Positions 48,974 to 57,700 of a stretch of DNA of 64,000 nt are shown here, piece after piece. This DNA comes from a virus (Duplodnaviria; Heunggongvirae; Uroviricota; Caudoviricetes): IMG/VR virus record IMGVR_UViG_3300028048_000043; one strand, given 5' to 3'. Position 1 is the stretch's first letter. Every line of letters starts with the position of its first letter. The notes under the pieces were generated by a model that saw nothing but the letters and a program-made list of their open reading frames with translations, had not been told where the DNA came from and ran no database searches. A program made the translations under genes and the position numbers.

Positions 48974-49177
48974 TTATAGGAAAATAAAATATGTTGCTAT
49001 GAGCAGAGAGAGAATACCTGCAAACCAAATCTGAGGGGTGAGGCTTACGTGGGCGTTGTTCTTTGCGATAGCCATCGCAACAAAAATCACAAGCTTTGAA
49101 ACGATCACAATGATGTCTACGAAAAGAAGGGCAATGGAAATCGCCAGGATAAGTTTTATAATTACTTCGTTTATCAT
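48974..49177 (-). CDS. small membrane protein, 67 aa
   Basis: Two hydrophobic segments; promoter near 49185. Confidence 0.65.
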   Translation of the reverse strand: MINEVIIKLILAISIALLFVDIIVIVSKLVIFVAMAIAKNNAHVSLTPQIWFAGILSLLIATYFIFL

Positions 49178-49231
49178 AACGATGCAAATATAGAAATTTT
49201 TTTCCTGACTTCCAAGAAATATCGAACAATT

Positions 49232-49669
49232 TTATAAAAAATAGATTGCATCAGATGCTAATCCGCCGTCAGAGACGTTTTGCTCATAATCAATACTTGC
49301 CTCAACCGACTCAGAAAGACTCCTCATGTAATTAGGATCGTCAATTGGTCCCTCGTAATGGTCAGGAACACTCTCTCGCTCATCAACATGAGCTATTTCG
49401 TAATTAACGTAATCCTCTGGTTCATTTGCATCATCGATGACCCCTTCATATAAATCGTATAGGTATTCGCACAGTTCCTTTGCTGCATTCAGCGCGTTCT
49501 TTGCCCCCCATACACATGAAGCCGCCTGACGAATGTCAGCCCGGTCATCTCTTTCTTTAGATAAGTTTATCAAATCCTTTGCTATATCAATCGACGAGTT
49601 TATTTCTTTGAGTATGTCCATCGTCTTAATGTGTTTTGATTCTTTAGGAGTTAGTCCGAAATCTAGCAT
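49232..49669 (-). CDS. hypothetical acidic protein, up to 145 aa
   Basis: Promoter near 49690; start could be 49621. Confidence 0.75.
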   Translation of the reverse strand: MLDFGLTPKESKHIKTMDILKEINSSIDIAKDLINLSKERDDRADIRQAASCVWGAKNALNAAKELCEYLYDLYEGVIDDANEPEDYVNYEIAHVDERESVPDHYEGPIDDPNYMRSLSESVEASIDYEQNVSDGGLASDAIYFL

Positions 49670-49735
49670 AAAAAAAGAATTATTTTCGCAAATATACGGA
49701 AATAATTCTTAAAAAGAAACCAAATATATGTTTGT

Positions 49736-50047
49736 TTAATAGATTATCAGTGACAATAAAGCTACGGCTATCAGGTACATAATCTTTGTAGCATATCCGC
49801 TCATCACTGACAAATAGAATTCCAGTTGAGTCGGGTTAATAGTTTTTACACCAGGCGTGGAACCTTTAGTAAAAAACATCGTGATAAATGCGCTTATTCC
49901 AACCCAATCTATATATGACGGAACCACGTTAAACAATCCTGATGGAGCTATCAATAAATTCCAAGACCACATATATATAAGTCCGTTGAAGAAACAACTT
50001 ATTATAATCAATATAATGGATATGAGAAACTGTGTATAGAATTTCAT
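49736..50047 (-). CDS. membrane protein, 103 aa
   Basis: Several hydrophobic segments. Confidence 0.75.
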   Translation of the reverse strand: MKFYTQFLISIILIIISCFFNGLIYMWSWNLLIAPSGLFNVVPSYIDWVGISAFITMFFTKGSTPGVKTINPTQLEFYLSVMSGYATKIMYLIAVALLSLIIY

Positions 50048-50067
50048 ATTGGATTGTTTTATTTTTG

Positions 50068-50138
50068 TTGCCCCGCCACGATTCGAACGCGGAATCCAAG
50101 GACCAAAACCTTGTGTGTTACCGTTACACCACGAGGCA
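50068..50138 (-). tRNA. tRNA-Gln (TTG), no encoded CCA
   Basis: Cloverleaf with CAAGG-tt-TTG-gt-CCTTG. Confidence 0.92.
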
Positions 50139-50142
50139 ATCT

Positions 50143-50466
50143 TTATTTTTCATAGAATACAGCCCTAAGAACTGTTTCTATCGCGTTAGCAAAACTGTAC
50201 ATATATTCCTCATCCTTGAATACGATTCGCAGCTTAGTTCTATCTTCATCAAGCATAAACGCTTTTACATAATAAGCAACATGATCTGCTGTCGCAAAGG
50301 TGAACACAGGATCTAATTCAATGTATATTCCGTGTTCCTCCTGTAAAAATTCAAGCGCATCTGCATATGTAACAAGTGGATACGGATATGTTTCTGTGCA
50401 AGGAACTTTCTTTAAAAAGTCTACTATGTCTTTCGGCATAGGTGATTCATATGTACGAACTTTCAT
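50143..50466 (-). CDS. hypothetical protein, 107 aa
   Basis: Lies between the two tRNA-Gln genes. Confidence 0.8.
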   Translation of the reverse strand: MKVRTYESPMPKDIVDFLKKVPCTETYPYPLVTYADALEFLQEEHGIYIELDPVFTFATADHVAYYVKAFMLDEDRTKLRIVFKDEEYMYSFANAIETVLRAVFYEK

Positions 50467-50484
50467 TCTGCGTCTTGTTTAGTG

Positions 50485-50555
50485 TTGGGGTGGAAGGATT
50501 CGAACCCTCACTGACAGAGCCAGAATCTGTAGTGCTACCATTACACCACACCCCA
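50485..50555 (-). tRNA. tRNA-Gln (CTG), no encoded CCA
   Basis: Cloverleaf with ACAGA-tt-CTG-gc-TCTGT. Confidence 0.92.
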
Positions 50556-50562
50556 ATTATTG

Positions 50563-50636
50563 AGCCGGTGGAGGGATTCGAACCCACGACCTGAGGTTTA
50601 CAAAACCCCTGCTCTGGCCAACTGAGCTACACCGGC
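50563..50636 (-). tRNA. tRNA-Thr (TGT)
   Basis: Cloverleaf with GGGGT-tt-TGT-aa-ACCTC. Confidence 0.92.
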
Positions 50637-50654
50637 AGAAAAATCCTTCAACAT

Positions 50655-50728
50655 CTGGTGTCGGAATTTAACCGACGACCTCCTAGTAAAATCCAGGGCT
50701 GTTTCTCCCAGCTCACCCGACATATCAG
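50655..50728 (-). pseudogene. degenerate tRNA-like sequence
   Basis: T-arm GTCGG-TTAAATT-CCGAC present; weak acceptor and anticodon stems; first in the tRNA transcript. Confidence 0.45.
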
Positions 50729-50840
50729 GATTAGTATTTTATTTATTCACGTTGCAAATATACGGAATTTATTTTTATAAAACAAATAATTCCCGGAAAA
50801 ATTCCGAGAATTATCATCTGCACCACATTATATCATAAAA

Positions 50841-51143
50841 CTAATCGATAAACCACATAGCAAAAAATCCTAAAACATTATACATCAACGTGATGTACCA
50901 TTTCTGTGGATAATTCAAATCAACATCCTTGCTATGGTCTCTTTTGACATTCCATTTATACGCGAGATTGTGAACAGCCCACTCTCTATCCATACTTTTG
51001 TTATCTCTATTTACTAGAACTGGATTGTCTTGGTACTTTATTCTCAAACTGTTTAGAAATGGATCAAAAACTTTTTTTGATACTTTGTAACTGTCAATAA
51101 CTTTTATGTTATCATATGAAATAGCATAGTCTGGGAATACCAT
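50841..51143 (-). CDS. hypothetical protein, 100 aa (EWAVHNLAY)
   Basis: ORF. Confidence 0.75.
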   Translation of the reverse strand: MVFPDYAISYDNIKVIDSYKVSKKVFDPFLNSLRIKYQDNPVLVNRDNKSMDREWAVHNLAYKWNVKRDHSKDVDLNYPQKWYITLMYNVLGFFAMWFID

Positions 51144-51190
51144 AGCCGGAAGATTATCTTTCTTTATTTATCAAATATTCCCGCTGAAAT

Positions 51191-51853
51191 CTAAACTGGC
51201 TTCGGCGCAAGGATAGCCAGCCTTGACCTTAATTCGTTGTATATAGGTTTATAGTTTTCTTTAAAGTATTCCCAATCTTTTTTATCAAGGAAAGCATTGT
51301 AAATATCCCACCAATAATGGTTTGCTTCTTTGAAATCTACTATCTTTCCGTGCTCGCATATTTGATTGGCAAACATCAATATCCTCAACGAATGAAACAG
51401 AGACTTTGCACCGCGATACATATCCAAGTCTTTCTCAACGGTCATCTTTTTGTGCGCCTTAGCCCAAGAATTCGATGCCGTCGACGAAAACGATTGACGA
51501 ATTTTCCATTTATCTAATGGAAGACTAACTCTTAGGTTACACTTTTCGTCTAATCCCAATATATGCTCTGTTGGAGTACATATCGTTTCGATTGCACTCA
51601 CATCATATTCATCAATTAGTTTTTGAAAATCACTCTCACAAACAAACTGTTCATCTATGACAACACCATCCATATGCTTGTATTCAAGTATTCCTTTTTC
51701 GTTTTCAAACAAAAAAGATTTGTACTTGTCTGGAACTATATGAAGGATATCCCTGTCTGAATACATCGTTGTTGTCTCAAACAGTGCGGATCCGCGCTCA
51801 ACCGTTAGCGTGGAATCAAACCTCATGTCATCTATAATTGTTCTTTCAAACAT
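51191..51853 (-). CDS. putative nucleotidyltransferase (Pol beta superfamily)
   Basis: RGSALFETTTMYSDRD matches GS-x8-SDxD; C-terminal helical KSLFHSLRIL. Confidence 0.65.
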   Translation of the reverse strand: MFERTIIDDMRFDSTLTVERGSALFETTTMYSDRDILHIVPDKYKSFLFENEKGILEYKHMDGVVIDEQFVCESDFQKLIDEYDVSAIETICTPTEHILGLDEKCNLRVSLPLDKWKIRQSFSSTASNSWAKAHKKMTVEKDLDMYRGAKSLFHSLRILMFANQICEHGKIVDFKEANHYWWDIYNAFLDKKDWEYFKENYKPIYNELRSRLAILAPKPV

Positions 51854-52058
51854 TCTCCAAATAATTAGACGCGAGTTCCTTTATCGTTTTATATTTTACT
51901 GACTCCGGATGAAGAACGATTGTCCCGTCTTCAACAATTTCGCCTATTGTCCATCCAACAACACGTTCATCTTCAACAAGAGCTACAACCTTATAATTTT
52001 TCTTAAGAGTTATCAGCTCTGTTAACTGATCGATTATTTCTTTAAGTTCAACCTTCAT
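51846..52058 (-). CDS. hypothetical protein, 70 aa
   Basis: In operon. Confidence 0.7.
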   Translation of the reverse strand: MKVELKEIIDQLTELITLKKNYKVVALVEDERVVGWTIGEIVEDGTIVLHPESVKYKTIKELASNYLENV

Positions 52059-52064
52059 ATCTTT

Positions 52065-52505
52065 TCATTTTTCTTCAAGAAGCATCAATTCGTCATACAT
52101 AGACTTCCACTCACTTGAGAAATATACATTATTTGGGAATTCGCCAGCATTCATAAACATAAGAAGCATTTCCAGTCCAGTATATCCGTTAAGGCTTTTT
52201 TCGTGCATACCGTTTCGATATGCTACCATAAACTTTTTATCTGGATTTGACTTGGCAACATCATAAAATCTTTCTATAGATTCCTGAATTTTCTGAGGGT
52301 GTATGCTTCTTGTTCCTTTTATTCTTAAATCTTTTGTAGGTATGGCGTATGAATTTCCCTGAAGACCTTCTCCAACGCCATATATCGCGCCGAACCTTTC
52401 TCTAGCAACCTTTGCTGCTCCAGCTCCGTGTCTTCCTTCGGGATTACTCCCAAAAACGAATATGACATCGTTGGCCGGTTGTATATCACCTTTATAAACG
52501 TTCAC
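52065..52505 (-). CDS. A1S_2505-family phage protein (macrodomain-like)
   Basis: IFVFGSNPEGRHGAGAAKVARERFGAIYGVGEGLQGNSYAIPTK. Confidence 0.75.
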   Translation of the reverse strand: MNVYKGDIQPANDVIFVFGSNPEGRHGAGAAKVARERFGAIYGVGEGLQGNSYAIPTKDLRIKGTRSIHPQKIQESIERFYDVAKSNPDKKFMVAYRNGMHEKSLNGYTGLEMLLMFMNAGEFPNNVYFSSEWKSMYDELMLLEEK

Positions 52506-52890
52506 TGTCTTTCAAATGTTTTGTTCCAATTTCTATTATTTGATTCGACTGTTTTACAAAATCTTCCTCACTAATCTCTTTCCAATCATCTTCGTTCAGA
52601 GAAAGATATCCATATGGACCATATGTAACAGATACAGAATACCAACCAATCAGCAACAACGTCTGGTGTACAGACAAAACAACATATGATTCATCAGCTT
52701 TTCGCACCCCAATGACTTTCATAAGCATCGTTTCGCCCATAGCTGTCCTTGTTTTCCTAAAACATTTTCCAACGTTGGACTCCATCTTATCATAGAGTAC
52801 TTTGTTCTTTTTCTCTGTTAGTATTTTCTTCAGATGATCTAAAGTTTTTTCAGTCTCTTCGATTTTCTGTTTTAATTCTTGCTCAGTCAT
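52492..52890 (-). CDS. hypothetical protein, 132 aa
   Basis: In operon. Confidence 0.8.
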   Translation of the reverse strand: MTEQELKQKIEETEKTLDHLKKILTEKKNKVLYDKMESNVGKCFRKTRTAMGETMLMKVIGVRKADESYVVLSVHQTLLLIGWYSVSVTYGPYGYLSLNEDDWKEISEEDFVKQSNQIIEIGTKHLKDSERL

Positions 52891-52893
52891 ATG

Positions 52894-53415
52894 CTATTTC
52901 GTTTCGTTTTTAAAAATAAATCTGTCCTTGTATCGTTCTATTGCGCTAGGGAGAATGCGTTTATAGTTCGGATCTTTGAACAACGGGGATGTTAATATCA
53001 TGTCAGCCGTTGTCCTGTTTGTGGCAAATGCTATATTGTATAATGAAGCAAGTCTTGTCAACGCCGACACGTCATTCTGGTGTCCTTGCATAATAAGATT
53101 ATCACAGAAGAAAATAAGTACATCAATCTTTCCTTCTGCAATCATTGCACCAATCTGCTGATCACCACCAAGAGGACCACTTAATAGGCAAGTAACGGTA
53201 TCTTTAAATGGAAACGTAACATCTTTAAAATCATATACCCATTCTCCATCATCAATATATCCAGAATTTGGGGTTCCAACATAAATTCCTTTAATCAACT
53301 TACCTGTTGTGCCGGTTGCAAACAAATTATGATTCTTTAGTTCTTCAATATTATATCTTACCCACTCTAGTAATTCCTTTTTACGCCCATCATGAGCCAC
53401 TAATGCTATATTCAT
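52894..53415 (-). CDS. mgsA: methylglyoxal synthase
   Basis: IALVAHD..KKEL, ATGTTG, SGPLGGDQQIGA, IFFCD...H..DV.AL.RLA.LYNI..ATN..TAD. Confidence 0.95.
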   Translation of the reverse strand: MNIALVAHDGRKKELLEWVRYNIEELKNHNLFATGTTGKLIKGIYVGTPNSGYIDDGEWVYDFKDVTFPFKDTVTCLLSGPLGGDQQIGAMIAEGKIDVLIFFCDNLIMQGHQNDVSALTRLASLYNIAFATNRTTADMILTSPLFKDPNYKRILPSAIERYKDRFIFKNETK

Positions 53416-53429
53416 ATCTAAATTTACTC

Positions 53430-53624
53430 CTATTTCTTTTCTATTTCTTCATCAATCAACTTCTTTGTTAAAAAAAGAGTTCCGCTGTGAGCAAAGCCGC
53501 AACCGGTTTCGTCAACTGCTTCCCACACATACTTATATCCTGGAAGGAATCCTTCATTTTTATATCTTTGGATCTCGAATCCTCTATAAAGATACTTTCC
53601 GTTACCTAACCTTTTTGCTTTCAT
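53430..53624 (-). CDS. hypothetical protein, 64 aa
   Basis: In operon. Confidence 0.7.
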   Translation of the reverse strand: MKAKRLGNGKYLYRGFEIQRYKNEGFLPGYKYVWEAVDETGCGFAHSGTLFLTKKLIDEEIEKK

Positions 53625-53871
53625 CGCACAGTTCTTTATATCTTTGCTTTGCTTTTTCTCTCAGGTCATCCGTCATTTCAGTATGGTTGTGCCCGATATG
53701 CCACATTCCACACTTCGAACATTTATACGCCACAAGTTTATGTATATCTTTTCCATATGCGTTAAACTTTGTTGCATTAAGAAGAGCATCCTTTTCCGAA
53801 GGATATGATACCTTTGCAACAGAATGCTCTTCTGAACCGACTTTGTACGTGTAGTAATGACTTCTTTGCAT
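53602..53871 (-). CDS. C2H2-like Zn-finger protein, 89 aa
   Basis: YKCSKCGMWHIGH. Confidence 0.75.
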   Translation of the reverse strand: MQRSHYYTYKVGSEEHSVAKVSYPSEKDALLNATKFNAYGKDIHKLVAYKCSKCGMWHIGHNHTEMTDDLREKAKQRYKELCDESKKVR

Positions 53872-54371
53872 CACCAGATGTATTTTAATTTGGCTCCATT
53901 GATGAACCTTGTATCTCCCCACCTAACCTCAGCGGCGAGTTTCGGAAATTCATTGTAGAACTTTTGCCAGGTTGAACGAGATCTTTTAAGGGATGGAACT
54001 CTGATTCTTGTATAACGCCCACCTTTATGCTCAGATGGTTTTCCTTTTACATATGAATTTGTTCGAGAATTCCAAGTGCCGTTACCAACAAATAGGCTAT
54101 CTGGTAAAGCGGCTCTTTCACTTGGTGACATCGTAAGAAACTTATAATACTCATCCTCATACAAATCAGGATCGATTGTTCCGTCTTCATTTTTGTAACT
54201 GTCTATAACCCATTGAAGAGTATTTTCTTTCTCTTTTGTATACCTTTTATATTGCTCTTCAACTCTATCTGACATATCGTAATTTGTCGCCCTGTTATCA
54301 CGTTTATCTCTGCCTGGCATCCATTTGATTCCGGCAGCTTTCATTTTTTGATACATTCTAAATGATGCCAT
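53871..54371 (-). CDS. hypothetical protein, 166 aa
   Basis: Start at MASFRMY, just after the upstream TM gene. Confidence 0.75.
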   Translation of the reverse strand: MASFRMYQKMKAAGIKWMPGRDKRDNRATNYDMSDRVEEQYKRYTKEKENTLQWVIDSYKNEDGTIDPDLYEDEYYKFLTMSPSERAALPDSLFVGNGTWNSRTNSYVKGKPSEHKGGRYTRIRVPSLKRSRSTWQKFYNEFPKLAAEVRWGDTRFINGAKLKYIW

Positions 54372-54388
54372 ATTATCAAAATATAAAA

Positions 54389-54631
54389 TTAAACATCTTC
54401 CATCCAATCTCCACCATTCCAACTGCAAGCACTCATCAAATCACCGATAATGAAGATCCACTTACCAATTTTCATTATACACCAGCAGAGACAAAGCCAC
54501 AACATAATGAACGGAAACATTATGACATATAGGATTTTTTTCCACAATGGATAGAACCACCATTCGCCTCACCCTTCGTTTTGATATCTCTGTAACCGTT
54601 CTATTTTTGTTTCTTTTTTCTTAACTCCCAT
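54389..54631 (-). pseudogene. 80-codon TM-protein frame interrupted by an in-frame TGA at 54569-54571
   Basis: MGVKKKETKIERLQRYQNEG*GEWWFYPLWKKILYVIMFPFIMLWLCLC...EDV*; fills the operon gap exactly. Confidence 0.55.
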
Positions 54632-54636
54632 ATAAC

Positions 54637-55746
54637 TTATTCTTCTTTTGAATCTTCCTTTACAAGTTGTTTCACAATCTTCCAAATTATGTTGTCATAA
54701 TTCTTTCCTTTCCTGATTGCAAAAAGTATGGAAGGATATTTACATGTCTTGAAATACATCGCCGCGTCCTTATCTGTATCGAAATCTCTGTATTCAAGCA
54801 TAGCGTCAAATTCAATTTCTGAGAACATTTTTTTGAATTCAACGATCATCTTTCTATAGTAAAGCACGGTTTCCTCATCCAATTCATGAATCATTTTCAT
54901 CATATTTAGAATATCTCCACACATGATAGATTCAAGCACAGCCTTTTTTGAAAGACCATTCAGAATGAAATTAAGTCTGAACCATGACTCATACTTCAGC
55001 TTTACACGGAAGTTGTTCTGAAATTTAACAACGAATCCCTCAGCGTTTTCTCCACTGAACTTATCCCTCACAGTCTTCCAATCGGTTATTCCGTCGTAAG
55101 ACTTGATGACATCAAAATATTTTGAAAGATTTTCCGGCTCTTCTTCGTCACCAGTCTCATTATCTATTATGGCGAGAAGGGTAAGGGACATTTCGTTTCC
55201 GTAATTAACAACATGCCTGTCTTCAGGATAAACTATTTCAAAAAGCAAAGTCTTTCTAACACGGATAAGTTTATCCGGAGTATCTCCGTCTCCACTTACG
55301 AAATCCAGCAGTTCTTCCCTTAGGTCAGCTTCGTCGTCAATCGATAGCACGTTATTGACTAGAAAATCTGAAGCGAATATGGACTGTTCGCTTTCAAAAG
55401 ATCCTCTTGTTGCTATATGAGGATGGCAGTTCTCGTCCCACCATAGTATTCCGAGAGAACCGTCCTTTTTATCAAAAACACGGAAAGGCATGCCTTCCGG
55501 AATAATACCCTTGTCCTGTATTTCTTCAATGTTGAAAAACTTTTTGAAAGGTCTTGCTATAATATTCCATTCTGCATCTACAATCATTCCTCGACACTCC
55601 ATCGTAGCGTCGTTCCACACTTTGTTCATTTGGCAGGACTTTGTGTAGTTGAGAATGTATATATCATAGATTGGGTGCTTCTTTTTAGAGATGTACCCTT
55701 GCTTGATCATTTCCTCAACAAGTTCTATGTTTTGTAACTTAGCCAT
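54637..55746 (-). CDS. RNA ligase, T4 Rnl1 (RnlA) family
   Basis: ECRG..D...IIARPFKKFFN, KKDGS (motif I KxDGS), ATRGSF, LLFEI, EGFVVKF...VKLK. Confidence 0.9.
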   Translation of the reverse strand: MAKLQNIELVEEMIKQGYISKKKHPIYDIYILNYTKSCQMNKVWNDATMECRGMIVDAEWNIIARPFKKFFNIEEIQDKGIIPEGMPFRVFDKKDGSLGILWWDENCHPHIATRGSFESEQSIFASDFLVNNVLSIDDEADLREELLDFVSGDGDTPDKLIRVRKTLLFEIVYPEDRHVVNYGNEMSLTLLAIIDNETGDEEEPENLSKYFDVIKSYDGITDWKTVRDKFSGENAEGFVVKFQNNFRVKLKYESWFRLNFILNGLSKKAVLESIMCGDILNMMKMIHELDEETVLYYRKMIVEFKKMFSEIEFDAMLEYRDFDTDKDAAMYFKTCKYPSILFAIRKGKNYDNIIWKIVKQLVKEDSKEE

Positions 55747-55786
55747 AACGATGCAAATATAGTAAATGTTTTTTAATATTCCAAAT

Positions 55787-55951
55787 TTATTCTACAATCT
55801 TGACGGCTTTAGATTTTGCATCTTTTCTTCCTGGATATTTCCAAGATACAGTATAGTCTGTTTGGCATATGTTCCAGAACGTAGGCTCGCCTTCATTGTT
55901 ATACAGAACAAATTCTGTATGTTTCTTATTGTTTACAAAATATCTAGCCAT
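55787..55951 (-). CDS. hypothetical protein, 54 aa, paralog of 56151-56318
   Basis: Not in the ORF track; NKKxTxFVxxNxxGE shared. Confidence 0.65.
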   Translation of the reverse strand: MARYFVNNKKHTEFVLYNNEGEPTFWNICQTDYTVSWKYPGRKDAKSKAVKIVE

Positions 55952-56154
55952 TACTCGATTATTTTATATTTCTCAAAAAGAAGTCTTACTGATTTTTCAG
56001 GCTCAGTTTTATAATATTTTGAATCCTTATAATCGTATGGTGCAAAAACAAATGTCACACGTTCTCCGGATCTTGTCATAGCGGAATGAATTTTCTGTAC
56101 AATATGTCTTTTTGGAATATAACGAATTCCTTTGTTATTATAAATACCACTCAT
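55951..56154 (-). CDS. hypothetical protein, 67 aa
   Basis: In operon. Confidence 0.65.
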   Translation of the reverse strand: MSGIYNNKGIRYIPKRHIVQKIHSAMTRSGERVTFVFAPYDYKDSKYYKTEPEKSVRLLFEKYKIIE

Positions 56155-56318
56155 TCTACAACAACTTTTCCAGATTTTATTCTTCTATTCTTATCAAAAT
56201 GAACATGACTTTTTGGATCTGACACATACGTGCAAACTGAATCTGGATAAGTTTCACCCAAACTATTTGTAAATACAAACACTGTAAATTTTTTGTTGTC
56301 AAAATTTATTCTTGACAT
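56151..56318 (-). CDS. hypothetical protein, 55 aa
   Basis: Not in the ORF track; ATGA overlap with the next gene. Confidence 0.65.
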   Translation of the reverse strand: MSRINFDNKKFTVFVFTNSLGETYPDSVCTYVSDPKSHVHFDKNRRIKSGKVVVE

Positions 56319-56399
56319 AGTACATCGATAAGTTTTTCAAACGTTTTGAAAGATTCGTCGATTCCGTTTACATATCCGTCGTGATATCCATCGTCAAAC

Positions 56400-57700
56400 G
56401 GAAGATACCGTATATGAAAATCTATAAAAACTTATGAATTTTCACTTCCTGATTCACAGAACCACAGTTTCTTAGGCTCCGAAGAGCGGTCGTCCACTGT
56501 TGGGTTCTCCGCAGGCTTTAATTCGGGAGTACGGCTCCCTATTATTCTTAATCCTTCGCTAAGGATGTTTATTGCGGCATTTTCATCCCTGTCGTGCTTC
56601 GTTCCGCATATAGGGCATTTCCATTCTCTTTCGCTAAGACGCAAATTGTCGTATTTATATCCACAAGTATGACAGAGTTTTGAACTTGGGTAGAACCTAC
56701 CAACCTCCACAACTACCTTTCCGTTAACGAACGCCTTATATTCAAGGATAGACTTGAACTTATACATCCCAACTTCCTGTACGGCATTTGCAATATGATG
56801 ATTTTTCATCATTCCCGATACATTCAAGTTCTCGATGCAAATGGTGTCGTAGTTGAAAAGCAGGGAATTAACAACCTCGTGGATATATGCTTCCTTCTGG
56901 TTCGCAATGTGTTCAGAAAGTTTTGCAATCTTTAAACGAATCTTGTTCCTGTTATTAGAGTCCAATTTCTTCCGAGATAGTTGCTGTTGCAAGCGAGCCA
57001 TCTTTTTTTTGTTGGCACGGTTGAAATGCTTGTTTTCAAAAACCTCCCCGTCGCTCGTTACCGCAAAGTCTTTAACCCCGATATCAACACCCACTAACAA
57101 TCCGGTTTGTTTGAACTTCACGAACGCCTCGTTTGGAAACTCCACAAGGACAGATAACTCGTACTTACCCGATTTGGTTTTCGTCAGGGTTGCACTTCTT
57201 ATTGCGTCATGGAAGTTCCTGAGGCGGTTCCAATACAACTTGGAGCAACGGAACGGTATGTTTTTGAAGGATTTCGTGAGAGTAATATGTCTTGTCTCAA
57301 AGGTATTGTTTCTTGAGATTGCCTCCAAGGGAAACAGGGCGGTCTGTGCATCCTTCTTAGATTTGAATTTAGGGTATCCCTTGTGGTTGTTGAAGAAATT
57401 GTCATATGCAGACATCATCTGTCTGATAGCCTGTTTCATCACCTTCGTGTTCTGTTCCTTCAGCCAAGAGAAGTTCTCGTCTTGGAGAAGTTCGCCATGA
57501 AAATGTTTGGACAAGTCTGTAATGGCAAGGTTTTGCTTTGTTTCCTTGTAGGCATTCATCTTGTAATCGAGCATGTGATTATAAACAAATCTGTAGCAGC
57601 CAAGGAGTTTGTTGAATTCAACTTCCTGTCGCTTATTAGGATATAGTCTTATTTTCACTGCTCTTAGCATAGAAAGTCAATTTGGGTTATACCCAATAAT
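56400..57700 (-). mobile_element. solo-TnpB (IS1341-like, no TnpA) element; ends approximate
   Basis: Hairpin TTGGGT-ATA-ACCCAA at 57681-57695 just upstream of the ATG; no transposase gene nearby. Confidence 0.6.
56432..57670 (-). CDS. tnpB: IS200/IS605-family RNA-guided endonuclease TnpB
   Basis: N-terminal HTH (KIRLYPN...GCYRFVYN); RuvC D (GVDIGVKD), E (IENLNV), D (HDRDENAA); CHTC/CPIC Zn finger. Confidence 0.95.
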   Translation of the reverse strand: MLRAVKIRLYPNKRQEVEFNKLLGCYRFVYNHMLDYKMNAYKETKQNLAITDLSKHFHGELLQDENFSWLKEQNTKVMKQAIRQMMSAYDNFFNNHKGYPKFKSKKDAQTALFPLEAISRNNTFETRHITLTKSFKNIPFRCSKLYWNRLRNFHDAIRSATLTKTKSGKYELSVLVEFPNEAFVKFKQTGLLVGVDIGVKDFAVTSDGEVFENKHFNRANKKKMARLQQQLSRKKLDSNNRNKIRLKIAKLSEHIANQKEAYIHEVVNSLLFNYDTICIENLNVSGMMKNHHIANAVQEVGMYKFKSILEYKAFVNGKVVVEVGRFYPSSKLCHTCGYKYDNLRLSEREWKCPICGTKHDRDENAAINILSEGLRIIGSRTPELKPAENPTVDDRSSEPKKLWFCESGSENS

